A DNA stretch of 61,613 nucleotides, counting the filler, from Deltaproteobacteria bacterium (GTDB taxonomy: Bacteria; Myxococcota; JACRCW01), in the NCBI GenBank assembly GCA_016218805.1. It is 3 parts of 3 records of this genome, joined end to end, with 100 filler letters (N's around TTAATTAATTAA, not from the genome) between each part and the next. Parts side by side here need not be neighbours in the genome. Positions count along the whole stretch, not along the records: positions 21,281 to 47,278 come from JACRCW010000046.1; positions 47,379 to 61,613 come from JACRCW010000047.1; 1 more part is not named here. The stretch is one strand, 5' to 3'. Under the pieces are notes generated by a model. It worked only from the letters and a program-made list of their open reading frames with translations, made no database searches and had not been told where the DNA came from. Of the stretch, positions 46,053-56,068 are shown one piece after another. The position numbers and the translations under genes are program-made. Position 1 is the stretch's first letter; the number at the start of each line of letters is the position of its first letter.

Positions 46053-46910
46053 CTATCCGAGCACCTTGCCCTTCTTGGTGCCCAACAGGTCCAACGGACT
46101 CTGGGTGCGCCCGACGTGGGCGGCGCTCACGCGGGTGTAGCGGGTGGTGGTGCGGATGGAACTGTGGCCCAGCAGGACCTGGATGACGCGGATGTCCGCA
46201 CCCGCCTCCAGTAGGTGGGTGGCAAAGGCATGGCGCAGCAGATGGGGCGTGACGCGCTTGCCCAGACGCGCCTTGCGCACCGCCTTTTCCAAGGCCTCCC
46301 GTACCGCCGCGGCGCAGACATGAGTGCCCGGTTCCTGACCGGGGAACAGGTAGTCTCCCGACGGACGCGTGGCCTGCCAGTACTTGCGCAGCAACTCTAA
46401 CAGGCGCGGGCTCAGCATGACCATGCGGTCCTTGGCACCCTTGCCACGGCGCACATGGATGAGCATGCGCTTGCTGTCGAGGTCGCCCGTGCGCAGCGAA
46501 CACGCTTCGCTGATGCGCAGGCCCCCAGCATAGGTGCAGGTGAGCACCATGCGGACCTTGACGGGCTCAATGGCGTCGAAAAGACGCGCCACCTCCGAGC
46601 CACTGAGGATGTCCGGCAGGGTCTTGGGAGTCTTGGGCCACGGAATGCCCGCCACCACCTCGGGCCGGCCCAGGGTCACCCGGTAGAGGAACTTGATGCC
46701 GGCGACATACATCTTGAGTGCGCCGGGCGAGGCAAAGTGGTTGACCTGGTCCAGCAGGAACGCGCGCACCTCCTCCCTGCCCAACTCGGTGGGCGGGCGC
46801 ATGAAGTGGCGTACGAACTTGCGACAACAACACAGGTACCGGTCCCCAGTCTGCGGCGAGTAGTTGCGCAGCTTGAGATCGGCGGACATGCGGACGTAGA
46901 ATTCACCCAT
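46053..46910 (-). CDS. tyrosine recombinase/integrase of an integrase-IS91 pair
   Basis: N-terminal SAM-like domain (LRNYS..T...Y), YAGGLRISEA, GKG.KDR, HLLRHAFATHLLE.G.DIR.IQ.LLGH....T..Y. Confidence 0.95.
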   Translation of the reverse strand: MGEFYVRMSADLKLRNYSPQTGDRYLCCCRKFVRHFMRPPTELGREEVRAFLLDQVNHFASPGALKMYVAGIKFLYRVTLGRPEVVAGIPWPKTPKTLPDILSGSEVARLFDAIEPVKVRMVLTCTYAGGLRISEACSLRTGDLDSKRMLIHVRRGKGAKDRMVMLSPRLLELLRKYWQATRPSGDYLFPGQEPGTHVCAAAVREALEKAVRKARLGKRVTPHLLRHAFATHLLEAGADIRVIQVLLGHSSIRTTTRYTRVSAAHVGRTQSPLDLLGTKKGKVLG

Positions 46911-47009
46911 TCGGTTCTCCTTGTGGCTCCGAGTGCCCGGGCATCGGGAACACTCTCTCGGAGCCACAGGGTGAACTTTCCCCCTCGCCGCTTCCCATCT
47001 TGCACGCCT

Positions 47010-47145
47010 TCTGTACCGCGTTCATCAGCTTCGGGCGGAACCCGACTACGCCCCACGTTTCGAACGGCAGGGATAGTACGTATTGCCGCATGGGGACTTC
47101 GGGGAGCACTTTGTCGACGAGTGTTGCCGCGCCATCCGCCATCAG
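47010..47145 (-). pseudogene. fragment of a second, ISCR-type IS91 transposase
   Basis: MADGAATLVDKVLPEVPMRQYVLSLPFE matches the 'A.LVD.VLP.VP.RQWVLS.PF' segment of ISCR/IS91 transposases. Confidence 0.65.
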
Positions 47146-47150
47146 CCACA

Positions 47151-47278
47151 CAACATGATGCGCACAGGACAGAGGCGTCCGTCGTCGCGTACCCGTGGCA
47201 CCCGTTCCACGGCCTTGAGTGCGTCGTGGCTCCAGCTCCCGGAGGCATGGTCCGCTGTGTTCCATGCTCCGAGCCAGA
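47151..47278 (+). pseudogene. fragment of a small mobile-element ORF (YPWHPFHG, DUF5372-like), cut by contig end
   Basis: QHDAHRTEASVVAYPWHPFHG resembles small ORFs found beside large serine recombinases; recalled from memory, not searched. Confidence 0.35.
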
Positions 47279-47378
47279 NNNNNNNNNNNNNNNNNNNNNN
47301 NNNNNNNNNNNNNNNNNNNNNNTTAATTAATTAANNNNNNNNNNNNNNNNNNNNNNNNNNNNNNNNNNNNNNNNNNNN
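47279..47378. other. artificial contig-join linker
   Basis: N run with TTAATTAATTAA at 47323-47334. Confidence 0.98.
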
Positions 47379-47558
47379 AACATTGTCAAGACCGATCCCA
47401 GCCGCACCCTGGGCGTCCCCAACACCCGCAAGCGTGCGGGCGGTGACCGCAAGTACTTGATTCACCTCATGACTGGAGCCCTCATCATGTAAGGCCTGTC
47501 AGAATGCGACCGCCCTGCGGTGGCGGCGGCCCGCTGCCGCCCCGCCTTGGCGCCTCCC

Positions 47559-48521
47559 TCACTGCACCCGCCGCAGGAACTCCCGCAGCACGGGCCACAC
47601 ATGCGCGGGCGCGTGTTTTCCCATCACGGCGTCCAGGTGCCCCATCCCGCGCCGAAGCTCCCGCCCCAGGACGCGGTACTCCTTCTCCCGGCTGCCGGCG
47701 GCCCGGTACAGCGGCTCCACGGTGCGGGGGGGCGCCAACCCATCCCGGTTGGCTGCCAGCACCAGCAGCGGCCCTTCCAGCGCGCGTACGCGGTCGCCCA
47801 CGGGGACGCGCCCGGCGCGCTCTCCGTGCGTGGCGCCCAGCTCCAACAGGTCCGCCAGCACGCGCCAGGCCTCCCACGCAAAGCTGTGGTGCAACGCCCA
47901 CTCCAGCATGTCCGGCTCCACGCTGCCGGGCGCCCACACGGCCAGCGGCGTGGGCAGCGGCAGGTCCAGCAGCGCCCGCCCGGCAGCCAGCGCCGGGCCA
48001 ACCATCCGCGTGGGCAAGCGCAGCGGCAATCCGGCGCGCACGGCGCGCATCCACAGGGCCAGCGGGCGGCGCGCCACGGTGAGCCAATCCAGGAACCGGT
48101 ACGGGGGACACAACAGGATTCTCGCGGCCACATGCCGCGCGGCACGCTCCGGCAGCGCCGCGCAGATGAGCCCGCCCATGGAATGCCCCAGCACCATGAC
48201 GCGCTCCTGGCCCAGGTGGCGCGTCACCGCCTCCAGCATGGCGGGCGCGTCCTCATCCACGTAGTGCCGGAACCCGTGGGGCAGTGTGGCCGCGCCGCGG
48301 TGGGACGCGTGCCGGCCGCGCAGCTCACCCAGGAACACGTGCACCCCGTGTTCCGCCAGGTGGTGCGCCAGGGATCTCCCGGGCACATCAAACGCGCGGT
48401 GGTTCTGGGCAAACCCGTGCACCACCAGCACGGCGGGCGCCCGGTCCTTGCGCGCGGGGAAGTGCCGGACGGTGAGGTGCACGCCGTCGCCGGTGCGGGC
48501 GACCAGCCGGTGCGGGGTCAT
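47559..48521 (-). CDS. alpha/beta hydrolase
   Basis: VVHGFAQN, GHSMGG nucleophile elbow, D.LAPP, GHLD. Confidence 0.9.
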   Translation of the reverse strand: MTPHRLVARTGDGVHLTVRHFPARKDRAPAVLVVHGFAQNHRAFDVPGRSLAHHLAEHGVHVFLGELRGRHASHRGAATLPHGFRHYVDEDAPAMLEAVTRHLGQERVMVLGHSMGGLICAALPERAARHVAARILLCPPYRFLDWLTVARRPLALWMRAVRAGLPLRLPTRMVGPALAAGRALLDLPLPTPLAVWAPGSVEPDMLEWALHHSFAWEAWRVLADLLELGATHGERAGRVPVGDRVRALEGPLLVLAANRDGLAPPRTVEPLYRAAGSREKEYRVLGRELRRGMGHLDAVMGKHAPAHVWPVLREFLRRVQ

Positions 48522-48528
48522 GGTGCCG

Positions 48529-50328
48529 TCAGGAGACGTTGCTGGGGCGTGCGCGGCGCGCGCTGAGCTCGCTGACCATCTCCAGCACCTGCGGGTGGGT
48601 CATGATGACCTCATTGAACTGCTTGCGCGGGAGCCGCAGCACCATGGTGCGGCCCATGGAGCGGATGGAAGCGCTGACCGGGTCACGTGTGAGCAGGCTC
48701 ATCTCACCAAACACGTCCCCCTCCTTGAGCACCGCCACATCCTTGCCGCCCTTGACCACTTTCACGCGGCCGGAGAGCACCACGTACAGGCCGTCGCCCT
48801 TCTGGCCCTCGGTGAGCACGTCCTCGCCGGGCTGCACTTCGCGCGAACGGAACATTTCAATGAGTTGCTTGCGCTGCGTCTTGTCAAACTTGGAGAAGAT
48901 GGGGCTGGTGTTGAGCAGGTTGGACAGCAGGCGCTGCTTGTAGAACTTCAGCATCACCTGCTGGACGCTGGGATAGTCCTTGATGACAGCATCCAGCACG
49001 CCGCGGCTGATCTCAAACAACTCCCCGTCGGTCTCGGCCACCACGCTGGCGGTGCGGGGTGCGTCGGACAGCAGCGCAATCTCCCCAAAGAACGCGCCGT
49101 CCTCCAGCGTGGCCAGCTGGATGACCTTGCCCTCCACCGTCTTCTCAATGCGCACCCTGCCCGAAACGATGATGAAGAAGCTGTTTCCGACTTCGCCCTC
49201 CTGGATGATGGTTTCACCGGTGTTCACCACGCGGATGTCCATGCGCTCCATGAGGTCAATGAACGCGTTCTTGGACAGGTCAGAAAACAGCGGAATGGGC
49301 GGGAGCTTTTCCACGTCCACCCGCTGCGGCACGGCGGTGTCCTCAATGAGGAAGTCCGCAAACTCCTCCGCCCCACCCACCTCCTGACCCGCGCCCCGTG
49401 ACAGGGACGCTGGCGCGGCGGGGGGCGCACCCGGCATCTCAATCTCCTCCAGGTCCGCGGGCCCGGCGGCGTGCACCACCGGCACCTCCACCTCCATGGG
49501 CACCGGTGCCGGCGCGGGCGCGGCGCCCCAGCTGGCGGCGGGGGCCACCGGCGGGACGGACGGATATGCGTGCGGCGTCACGCGCGGGGGCGCGTCCGCG
49601 GGAATCTCCTGGCCCACCACCTCCGGGGTGGCGTCAGACACGTCCAGCTCAATCTCCACGGACGCGTCCTGCGGCGGGGGCGGCGGCGGCATGCCTGTGG
49701 GCACGCGCAGGGGAGCGGCGGCTGCGGGAATGGGCGGCGGGAGGCCGGTGGGCACACGCGGCGGCTGGGGCGGCACACCGGTGGGCGTGCGCGGTGGCCC
49801 GCCGTCACCCAGGGGCAGCGTGGGTCCCGGCGGCGGGACGCCCGTGGCGGTGCGCGCGGCCGCGTCCCCGTCAGTCTTCTGCTTGAGGGGCAGCTGCGTG
49901 GCGGGAATGCCGCGGATCATGGACGCGGAGAGCTTCTGTCCCGGCGCCGCCTTGGCAATGGCCGCGCTCATGGCCTGCGGCATCTCCACCGCGCCCACGT
50001 CGCCACGCTTCTTGCCGTACAGGTCGGCCAGCGTCTTCTGCGTCTCAGTGTGGTTGGCGTCAATCTGCAGGATGATCTTGCATACGGCGATGGCCTTCAA
50101 CAGCAGGCCATCCGCGGCGTACGCACCGGACACCGCCTGGTAGGCCTTGATGGCGTCGGCGTTGTTGCCCAGCTTGCGCTGCAGGTCCCCCACCTTCTGG
50201 CGGTTGGCCAGGTCATGCGGGTCCAGCTTCTGGATCTGCAGCAGCTCGTCCAGCGCCTCCTTGACGCGCCCTTTGGCCAGCTGGCGTGCCGCCTCGTCCT
50301 TGTGCTTGCGCAGCTTGTCCTGGTTCAT
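48529..50328 (-). CDS. TPR + Pro-rich linker + two cNMP-binding domains
   Basis: N-terminal TPR helices (KAIAVCK.IL..D), then FFGEIALL...PRTASV and VFGEMSLL...VSASI cNMP domains. Confidence 0.92.
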   Translation of the reverse strand: MNQDKLRKHKDEAARQLAKGRVKEALDELLQIQKLDPHDLANRQKVGDLQRKLGNNADAIKAYQAVSGAYAADGLLLKAIAVCKIILQIDANHTETQKTLADLYGKKRGDVGAVEMPQAMSAAIAKAAPGQKLSASMIRGIPATQLPLKQKTDGDAAARTATGVPPPGPTLPLGDGGPPRTPTGVPPQPPRVPTGLPPPIPAAAAPLRVPTGMPPPPPPQDASVEIELDVSDATPEVVGQEIPADAPPRVTPHAYPSVPPVAPAASWGAAPAPAPVPMEVEVPVVHAAGPADLEEIEMPGAPPAAPASLSRGAGQEVGGAEEFADFLIEDTAVPQRVDVEKLPPIPLFSDLSKNAFIDLMERMDIRVVNTGETIIQEGEVGNSFFIIVSGRVRIEKTVEGKVIQLATLEDGAFFGEIALLSDAPRTASVVAETDGELFEISRGVLDAVIKDYPSVQQVMLKFYKQRLLSNLLNTSPIFSKFDKTQRKQLIEMFRSREVQPGEDVLTEGQKGDGLYVVLSGRVKVVKGGKDVAVLKEGDVFGEMSLLTRDPVSASIRSMGRTMVLRLPRKQFNEVIMTHPQVLEMVSELSARRARPSNVS

Positions 50329-50575
50329 GCGCGCCCCACGCGCCCAGCGGCCCCACCATCCGCCGACGACGCGTCTCGAAGGAAGGGCGCATTCATGCCC
50401 GCCATCCGGCCCAAAGGCAACGGCCCCGCGTTCCCCCGCGGAACGGGGGTCCGGGCACTCTCAGCGCGGCGGGGGGCGGTGGGGAGCTGGGGAATCAGGC
50501 CGCCGCGGTGCCCTCAGGCGGGCGGCCGCGGCGGGGGAACCCCGTCCCACCAGGCGGGAACGGCGTGGGGCTGGT

Positions 50576-51850
50576 TCAGGGAACCGCGCGGTTGCGGGCG
50601 CCCAGATACACCTGGCGCGGGCGCGTGATCTTCTGGTCCGCGTCCACCAGCATCTCCTGCCACTGGCTCAGCCAGCCGCTCATGCGCGGGATGGCAAACA
50701 GCACCGGGAACATGTCCACCGGGAACTTGAGCGCCTGGTAGATGAGGCCCGAGTAGAAGTCGACGTTGGGATACAGCTTGCGCTTCACGAAGTAGTCATC
50801 CTGCAGCGCGATGCGTTCCAACTCCAGCGCGATGTCCAGCTTGGGGTTCTTACCCGTGAGGGAGAACACCTTGTCGGCCATCTTCTTGATGATCTTGGCG
50901 CGCGGGTCGTAGTTCTTGTAGACGCGGTGGCCAAAGCCCATCAGGCGCTTCTCGCCCTTGCCTTCCTTCACCTCGCGCACAAACGCGGGCACCTTGTCCA
51001 GGCTCCCAATCTCGTCAAGCATGCGCAGCACGGCCTCATTGGCGCCGCCGTGCAGCGGGCCGTAGAGCGCCGCCGCCCCGCCAGCCGCGGAGACGTACGG
51101 GTCAGACTGCGCGGAGCCAATGTTGCGCATGGCAGAGGTGGAGCAGTTCTGCTCGTGGTCCGCGTGCAGGATGAACAGCACGTCCAGGGCGCGCTCAATG
51201 TCCGGGTTGGGGCGGTACTTGGGCTCAGACATCTTGAACATCATGCTGAGGAAGTTGCCGCAGTAGCTGAGGTCATTGTCCGGGGACACGTACGGCAGGC
51301 CCATGCGGTGCCGGTACGCGTACGCCGCCAGCGTGGGGACCTTGGCAATGAGGCGCAGGATGTTGAGCTTGCGCTCCTTCTCATCCAGGACGTTCTTGGC
51401 CTTGGGATAGTACGTGGACAGCGCGGCCAGCGTGCTGGTCAGCAGGCCCATGGGGTGCGCGTCATAGTTGAACCCGTCAATGATCTTCTTCATGTTCTCA
51501 TGCACCATGGTGTGGTGCGTGACGGCGTCCGTCCATTCCTTGCTCTGCGCGCTGTTGGGCAACTCGCCGTTGAGGACCAGGTAGGCGGTGTCCAGGTAGC
51601 TGCACTTCTCGGCAATCTGGTCAATCGGGTAGCCGCGGTACTCCAGGATGCCCTTGTCACCGTCGATGAACGTGATCTTCGACTTGCACGACGCCGTGTT
51701 CATGTACGCGGGGTCGTACGTCATCATGCCAAAGTCGTCGTCCTTCACCTTGATTTGGCGCAGGTCGGTGGCCTTGACGGTGTCGTTCTCGATGGGGATT
51801 GTGAATTCCTTGTTCGTCCGGTTGTCCTTGATTGTGAGCGTGTTTGCCAT
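50576..51850 (-). CDS. gltA: citrate synthase
   Basis: IDGDKGILEYRGYPI, HADHEQNCST, GPLHGGANE, MGFGHRVYKNYDPRA, YPNVDFYSG. Confidence 0.98.
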   Translation of the reverse strand: MANTLTIKDNRTNKEFTIPIENDTVKATDLRQIKVKDDDFGMMTYDPAYMNTASCKSKITFIDGDKGILEYRGYPIDQIAEKCSYLDTAYLVLNGELPNSAQSKEWTDAVTHHTMVHENMKKIIDGFNYDAHPMGLLTSTLAALSTYYPKAKNVLDEKERKLNILRLIAKVPTLAAYAYRHRMGLPYVSPDNDLSYCGNFLSMMFKMSEPKYRPNPDIERALDVLFILHADHEQNCSTSAMRNIGSAQSDPYVSAAGGAAALYGPLHGGANEAVLRMLDEIGSLDKVPAFVREVKEGKGEKRLMGFGHRVYKNYDPRAKIIKKMADKVFSLTGKNPKLDIALELERIALQDDYFVKRKLYPNVDFYSGLIYQALKFPVDMFPVLFAIPRMSGWLSQWQEMLVDADQKITRPRQVYLGARNRAVP

Positions 51851-52090
51851 GGGTCACTCCGGTGGGCTGTCCAGTTGGGGAAAACTCGCGCGCGGATCCG
51901 CCCACGTTTGACAGCAGTCGTCAACCCCGATGGCTTGTCTTTTTTACAGACGACGACGGAAATGAGGCCGTGGCGCGGGCTGAAACGCAGGTTCGCGCAG
52001 CGCTGACGCCGCCCGCGCGAAGGACGTTCGCGAAACAATGTCCGCGCGCGCTACACGCGGGCGCCGCGGTCCGGTACAAGCGCGCCCCCC

Positions 52091-54004
52091 ATGACGCTGT
52101 GCAGCCTCACCGACGTGCACCTGGCCTACGGCCCGCTCGACGTGCTGCGCGGGGTGGACCTGCAATTGGACCCGGGCGCGCGCGTGGGGCTGGTGGGGCC
52201 CAACGGGACGGGGAAGACGTCACTGCTCAAATTGATTGTCGGCGAATTGGCTCCGGACCGCGGACAATGCTGGGTAAACCGCGGCACGGCGGTGCGGCTG
52301 CTGCGGCAGGAGCGGAAGTTCGGGAGCATGTTCAGCGCGGGGGCGCGCGTGCTGGACGTGGCGCTGGCGGCGCGCGCGGACCTGTTGGACCTGGAGACGC
52401 GGATGCACGCGCTGCAGCAACGCGTGAGCGCGCACCATGATGACGCGGAAGCCCTCTCCGCCCTGGGCCAGGTGACGGACCGTTACGAACACGAGGGCGG
52501 CTACCAACTGCGGCCGCGCGCGCGCGCGGTGCTGGCGGGGCTGGGGCTGCCGCAGGCGTGCTGGGAGCAGCCGGCCACGTCCCTGTCCGGCGGTGAAGCG
52601 GGCCGCCTGGAACTGGCCACCATCCTCCTCATGGAGCCCGCGCTGCTGCTGCTGGATGAGCCCACCAATCATCTGGACGTGGAAGCCACGGAATTCCTGG
52701 AGGGCTGGCTGCGCGAGTTCAAGGGCGCGGCGCTGGTGGTCAGCCATGACCGCGCGTTCCTGGACAACACGGTCAACCGCATTGTGGAGCTGCACAACGG
52801 CAAGCTGGAGACGTACGCGGGCAATTACAGCGCGTTTGCCGTGGAGCGTGACCTCCGACGGGAAAGGCGGCTCAAGGAGTACGCGGAGCAGCAGGAGCAC
52901 ATCAGCAAGGTGGAAGCGTGGATCCGCAAGAACATGGTGAGCGCCACCAGCGCGCGCGCGGCGCAGAGCAAGCGCAAGGCGCTGGCGCGGATGGAGCGCG
53001 TGGAGGCGCCGGAAGCGCGGCGCAAGGTGGCGCGGCTCACGTTCCCCGGCGGAATGCGCCCGGTGGAGCAGGTGCTCACCGCGCGCGGGCTCAGCCACGG
53101 TTACGGTGACCGCACGCTGTTCTCCGGCGTGGACCTCGTCGTGAAGCGGGGGGACAAGATTGGCGTGGCGGGGCCCAACGGGAGCGGCAAGAGCACGCTG
53201 GGGCGCATCCTGGCGGGGAAGATCACGCCCACCGCGGGGACGGTGGCGCTGGGGCAGAAGGTGGAGCTGCTGTACTTTGACCAGGCGCAGGCGGACCTCC
53301 CGGGCACGGGCACGCCGTTCTCGCTGGTGCGTGACACGCAGCTCACCGCCACCAACCAGCAACTGCGGGCGCATCTGGGCCGCTTTGCGTTCCCGGGTGA
53401 CGAGGCGGACAAGGACGTCTCCACGCTCTCCGGCGGCGAGCGCGCGCGCCTGGCGCTGGCGGTGCTCACCCTCTCCCCGGCCAACTTCCTGGTCCTGGAT
53501 GAGCCCACCAACCACCTGGACCTGGACACGCGCGAAGCGCTGGAGGAAGCGCTGCAGGACTTTGATGGCACCGTGTTGCTCATCAGCCATGACCGCTACC
53601 TGCTGGACGCGGTGACCACGCGGACGTGGTTTGTGGCGGACGGGCGCGTGGTGGATGAAGAGGGCAGCTTTGGTGAGGTGCGCGAGCGCGTGCTGGCCGC
53701 GCGTGACGCGGCGGCGGCGGGCGGGGATGGCACCAGCACGGAGCGCGCGGAGACCGCCGCACAGGCGCACAAACGCCAGGAGAAGGAGCGGCGCGCCCTG
53801 GAGCGGGACCTGCAGCGGGCGGAACAGCGCATTGCGGAGCTGGAGGCCGGCCTGGCCGAAGCGGACCGCGTGCTGGGAGACCCCGCCACGTCGTGGCAGC
53901 TGCTGGCGGAGCAGCAGAAGGCGCGCGCTGCCCTGGCCGCCGAATTGGAGCGCCTGATGGCGGACTGGGAGCGGCTCAGCGTCGCGCTGCAGGAGGCACC
54001 GTGA
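52091..54004 (+). CDS. ABC-F family ATP-binding protein (Uup/YheS-like)
   Basis: Two ABC domains (GPNGTGKT/LSGGE/LLDEPTNHLD; GPNGSGKS/LSGGE/LDEPTNHLD), no TM, C-terminal coiled coil. Confidence 0.95.
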   Translation: MTLCSLTDVHLAYGPLDVLRGVDLQLDPGARVGLVGPNGTGKTSLLKLIVGELAPDRGQCWVNRGTAVRLLRQERKFGSMFSAGARVLDVALAARADLLDLETRMHALQQRVSAHHDDAEALSALGQVTDRYEHEGGYQLRPRARAVLAGLGLPQACWEQPATSLSGGEAGRLELATILLMEPALLLLDEPTNHLDVEATEFLEGWLREFKGAALVVSHDRAFLDNTVNRIVELHNGKLETYAGNYSAFAVERDLRRERRLKEYAEQQEHISKVEAWIRKNMVSATSARAAQSKRKALARMERVEAPEARRKVARLTFPGGMRPVEQVLTARGLSHGYGDRTLFSGVDLVVKRGDKIGVAGPNGSGKSTLGRILAGKITPTAGTVALGQKVELLYFDQAQADLPGTGTPFSLVRDTQLTATNQQLRAHLGRFAFPGDEADKDVSTLSGGERARLALAVLTLSPANFLVLDEPTNHLDLDTREALEEALQDFDGTVLLISHDRYLLDAVTTRTWFVADGRVVDEEGSFGEVRERVLAARDAAAAGGDGTSTERAETAAQAHKRQEKERRALERDLQRAEQRIAELEAGLAEADRVLGDPATSWQLLAEQQKARAALAAELERLMADWERLSVALQEAP

Positions 54005-55014
54005 AGATCGTTGTCACCGGGGCGTCACGCGGCGCGGGGCGCGCCATGGCGGAGCGGTTGGCAGAGCTGGGGCACCAGGTGCGCGCCATGGTGCGCAAGC
54101 CGGCGGACGTGGCGCGGCTGGCGCAGGAATGGAGCGGGCGGCCGGGCCTGGAGCCGGTGCGGGGGGACGTGACGGAGCCGGGCTCGCTGGTGGACGTGTT
54201 TGCGGGCATGGACGGGTTTGTCCACGCGGCCGCGTTTGTGGGGGATGATCCCACCGGGCGCGAGTCCTACCGCGTCAACGTGGAAGGCACCGGGCACGTG
54301 GTGCGCGCGGCGGCGCACGGCGGGGCGCGTGCGGGGGTGTGCATCTCATCCGTGGCCGTGTACGGCCGCCCGGATGTGCCGGAGGTGGCGGAGACCGCGC
54401 CCTTTGCCCGCCACGAGGTCCCCTACGAACGCACCAAGGCCGCCGCGGAGACCGTGGCGCTGGAGCTGGGGCGGCTGTTCGGCGTACGGCTGGCGGTGTT
54501 GCGGCCCAGCGTCCTCTGGGGCGCGTATGACGAGCAATTTGTCCCGCGCGTGCTGGCGGCGCTGCGGCGGCACGCGTTCACGTTTGTGGGGGACCCGCGG
54601 CGGCCCATGAACGTGTGCGCCACTGAGCACCTGCTGCAATGCGCCCTGGCCGCGCTGCGCACGGACGCCGCCGCCGGCGAGGCCTTCAACGTGGTGGACG
54701 GCGCCCTGCCCTGTTACCGCGATGCGATAGCGTTGATTGCCGGCGAGGCGGGCCTGCCGGTCCCCACGCGTAAGATCTCCAAACCACTTGCGGTGGGCCT
54801 GGGCACGGCGCTGGACGCCCTGCGCTCCGCCGGCGTGCCGGGGATTCCGCCCGGGCTGACGCGCTTCACCGCGCGCGTCATGGCCACCGGCTGCGTGTAC
54901 CGCACGGACAAGGCGCGCCGCGTGCTGGGCTACCAGCCCACGCTGTCCTTCCTGGAGCACGGTGCCCCGTCCATCCGTGACGCCATCAGCCGCGGCGCCG
55001 GCACGGTCACTTGA
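54001..55014 (+). CDS. NAD-dependent epimerase/dehydratase (extended SDR, 3beta-HSD-like)
   Basis: VTGASRGAG, RGDVT, HAAA, SSVAVYG, YERTK (YxxxK), LRP. Confidence 0.88.
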   Translation: MKIVVTGASRGAGRAMAERLAELGHQVRAMVRKPADVARLAQEWSGRPGLEPVRGDVTEPGSLVDVFAGMDGFVHAAAFVGDDPTGRESYRVNVEGTGHVVRAAAHGGARAGVCISSVAVYGRPDVPEVAETAPFARHEVPYERTKAAAETVALELGRLFGVRLAVLRPSVLWGAYDEQFVPRVLAALRRHAFTFVGDPRRPMNVCATEHLLQCALAALRTDAAAGEAFNVVDGALPCYRDAIALIAGEAGLPVPTRKISKPLAVGLGTALDALRSAGVPGIPPGLTRFTARVMATGCVYRTDKARRVLGYQPTLSFLEHGAPSIRDAISRGAGTVT

Positions 55015-56068
55015 TCTTCAGCGCGGGTCCGGACTGGTCGTCATCCGTCAGGACGCATTTCTGGGCGGCCTCCAGGTCCACGCCCGGGACCTGGGTGGCA
55101 TCCGCGGGGCCGCCGTCCGTGGACGGTTGCACCGGCGGGGACAGCGCGCGCAGCACGCAGGACAACCCGGGGGACCGCCACGCGCGCATCTGCGCGTTGA
55201 GGGTCACCATGCTGCGCGCCACGCCCGTCTTGAGGCGGAACGCCGCCCGCGTCACCGCCACCGGCAGCAGCTGGCCAAACTCGCCGTGCCCCACGACGTA
55301 TGAGACGCCCTCCACCACGGTGTTGGCCTTGTGCCCGGTGAACACGGAGATACCGGTGGCGGCTGCCCCGGCGCTGTAGATCACCTTGTTGCTGTGGCTC
55401 CACGTGCGCCCGGTGTGCCGCGAATGCGCCTCCACGTCACGCCGCAGCCCGCGCTGCTCATCCACCACCAGGCCATCCTGCGTGCCCGCGGACAGCGTGA
55501 GCCCGCGGGACTGGAAGATGGCCTCAATGCCAAACAGGAACGCGTGCTGCAGCGCTTCCACCACCGTGTCCGTGCCTTCCGCCTGGATGTCCACCAACTG
55601 CGCTTCCACCCGCGGCAACGCGGAGGGACGCAGGTACACCACCGCGCGCGCCCACGGCTTGCGCTCGCCCAGGTAGCCCAGGCAGCGCATCAGGCCTTCC
55701 GTGATGGAGCGCGTGGGGTACTTGGGCTCCACGCCCGGCGGCCACCACGTCATGCCCGCGTCCACCACCAGCGTGCCGTCCTCCAGCCAGCCGCGCGGCT
55801 CCGTGCAGAACACCACCGCGCTCCCCAGCTGCGCACCGCTGGTCAGCCCCGTGATGGTCAGGCCCATGGCCTCGGGGACCAGCTTGAACTCACCCAACAT
55901 GGCCTCACGGCCCGCGGGCCCCAGCACCACGCCGGCCAGGCTCTCCCCCGTGGGCTGCGCCGCCAGCGGCGGCAGGTTGGCGTTCACGCCCTGCTCCGGG
56001 ATGCGCCGTGCACAACCCCACGCCAGCCCCGCAGACACGGCCACCACCACCCACACAACGCGCTTCAC
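55007..56068 (-). CDS. hypothetical lipoprotein
   Basis: Signal with lipobox LAWGC; overlaps the upstream CoA-transferase stop; no family recognised. Confidence 0.7.
   Translation of the reverse strand: MKRVVWVVVAVSAGLAWGCARRIPEQGVNANLPPLAAQPTGESLAGVVLGPAGREAMLGEFKLVPEAMGLTITGLTSGAQLGSAVVFCTEPRGWLEDGTLVVDAGMTWWPPGVEPKYPTRSITEGLMRCLGYLGERKPWARAVVYLRPSALPRVEAQLVDIQAEGTDTVVEALQHAFLFGIEAIFQSRGLTLSAGTQDGLVVDEQRGLRRDVEAHSRHTGRTWSHSNKVIYSAGAAATGISVFTGHKANTVVEGVSYVVGHGEFGQLLPVAVTRAAFRLKTGVARSMVTLNAQMRAWRSPGLSCVLRALSPPVQPSTDGGPADATQVPGVDLEAAQKCVLTDDDQSGPALKIK

Noticed and set aside
47379..47492. Possible 3' end of a plus-strand gene at the start of contig 3
   Set aside because: Only 37 codons with no recognisable motif; cannot be supported.
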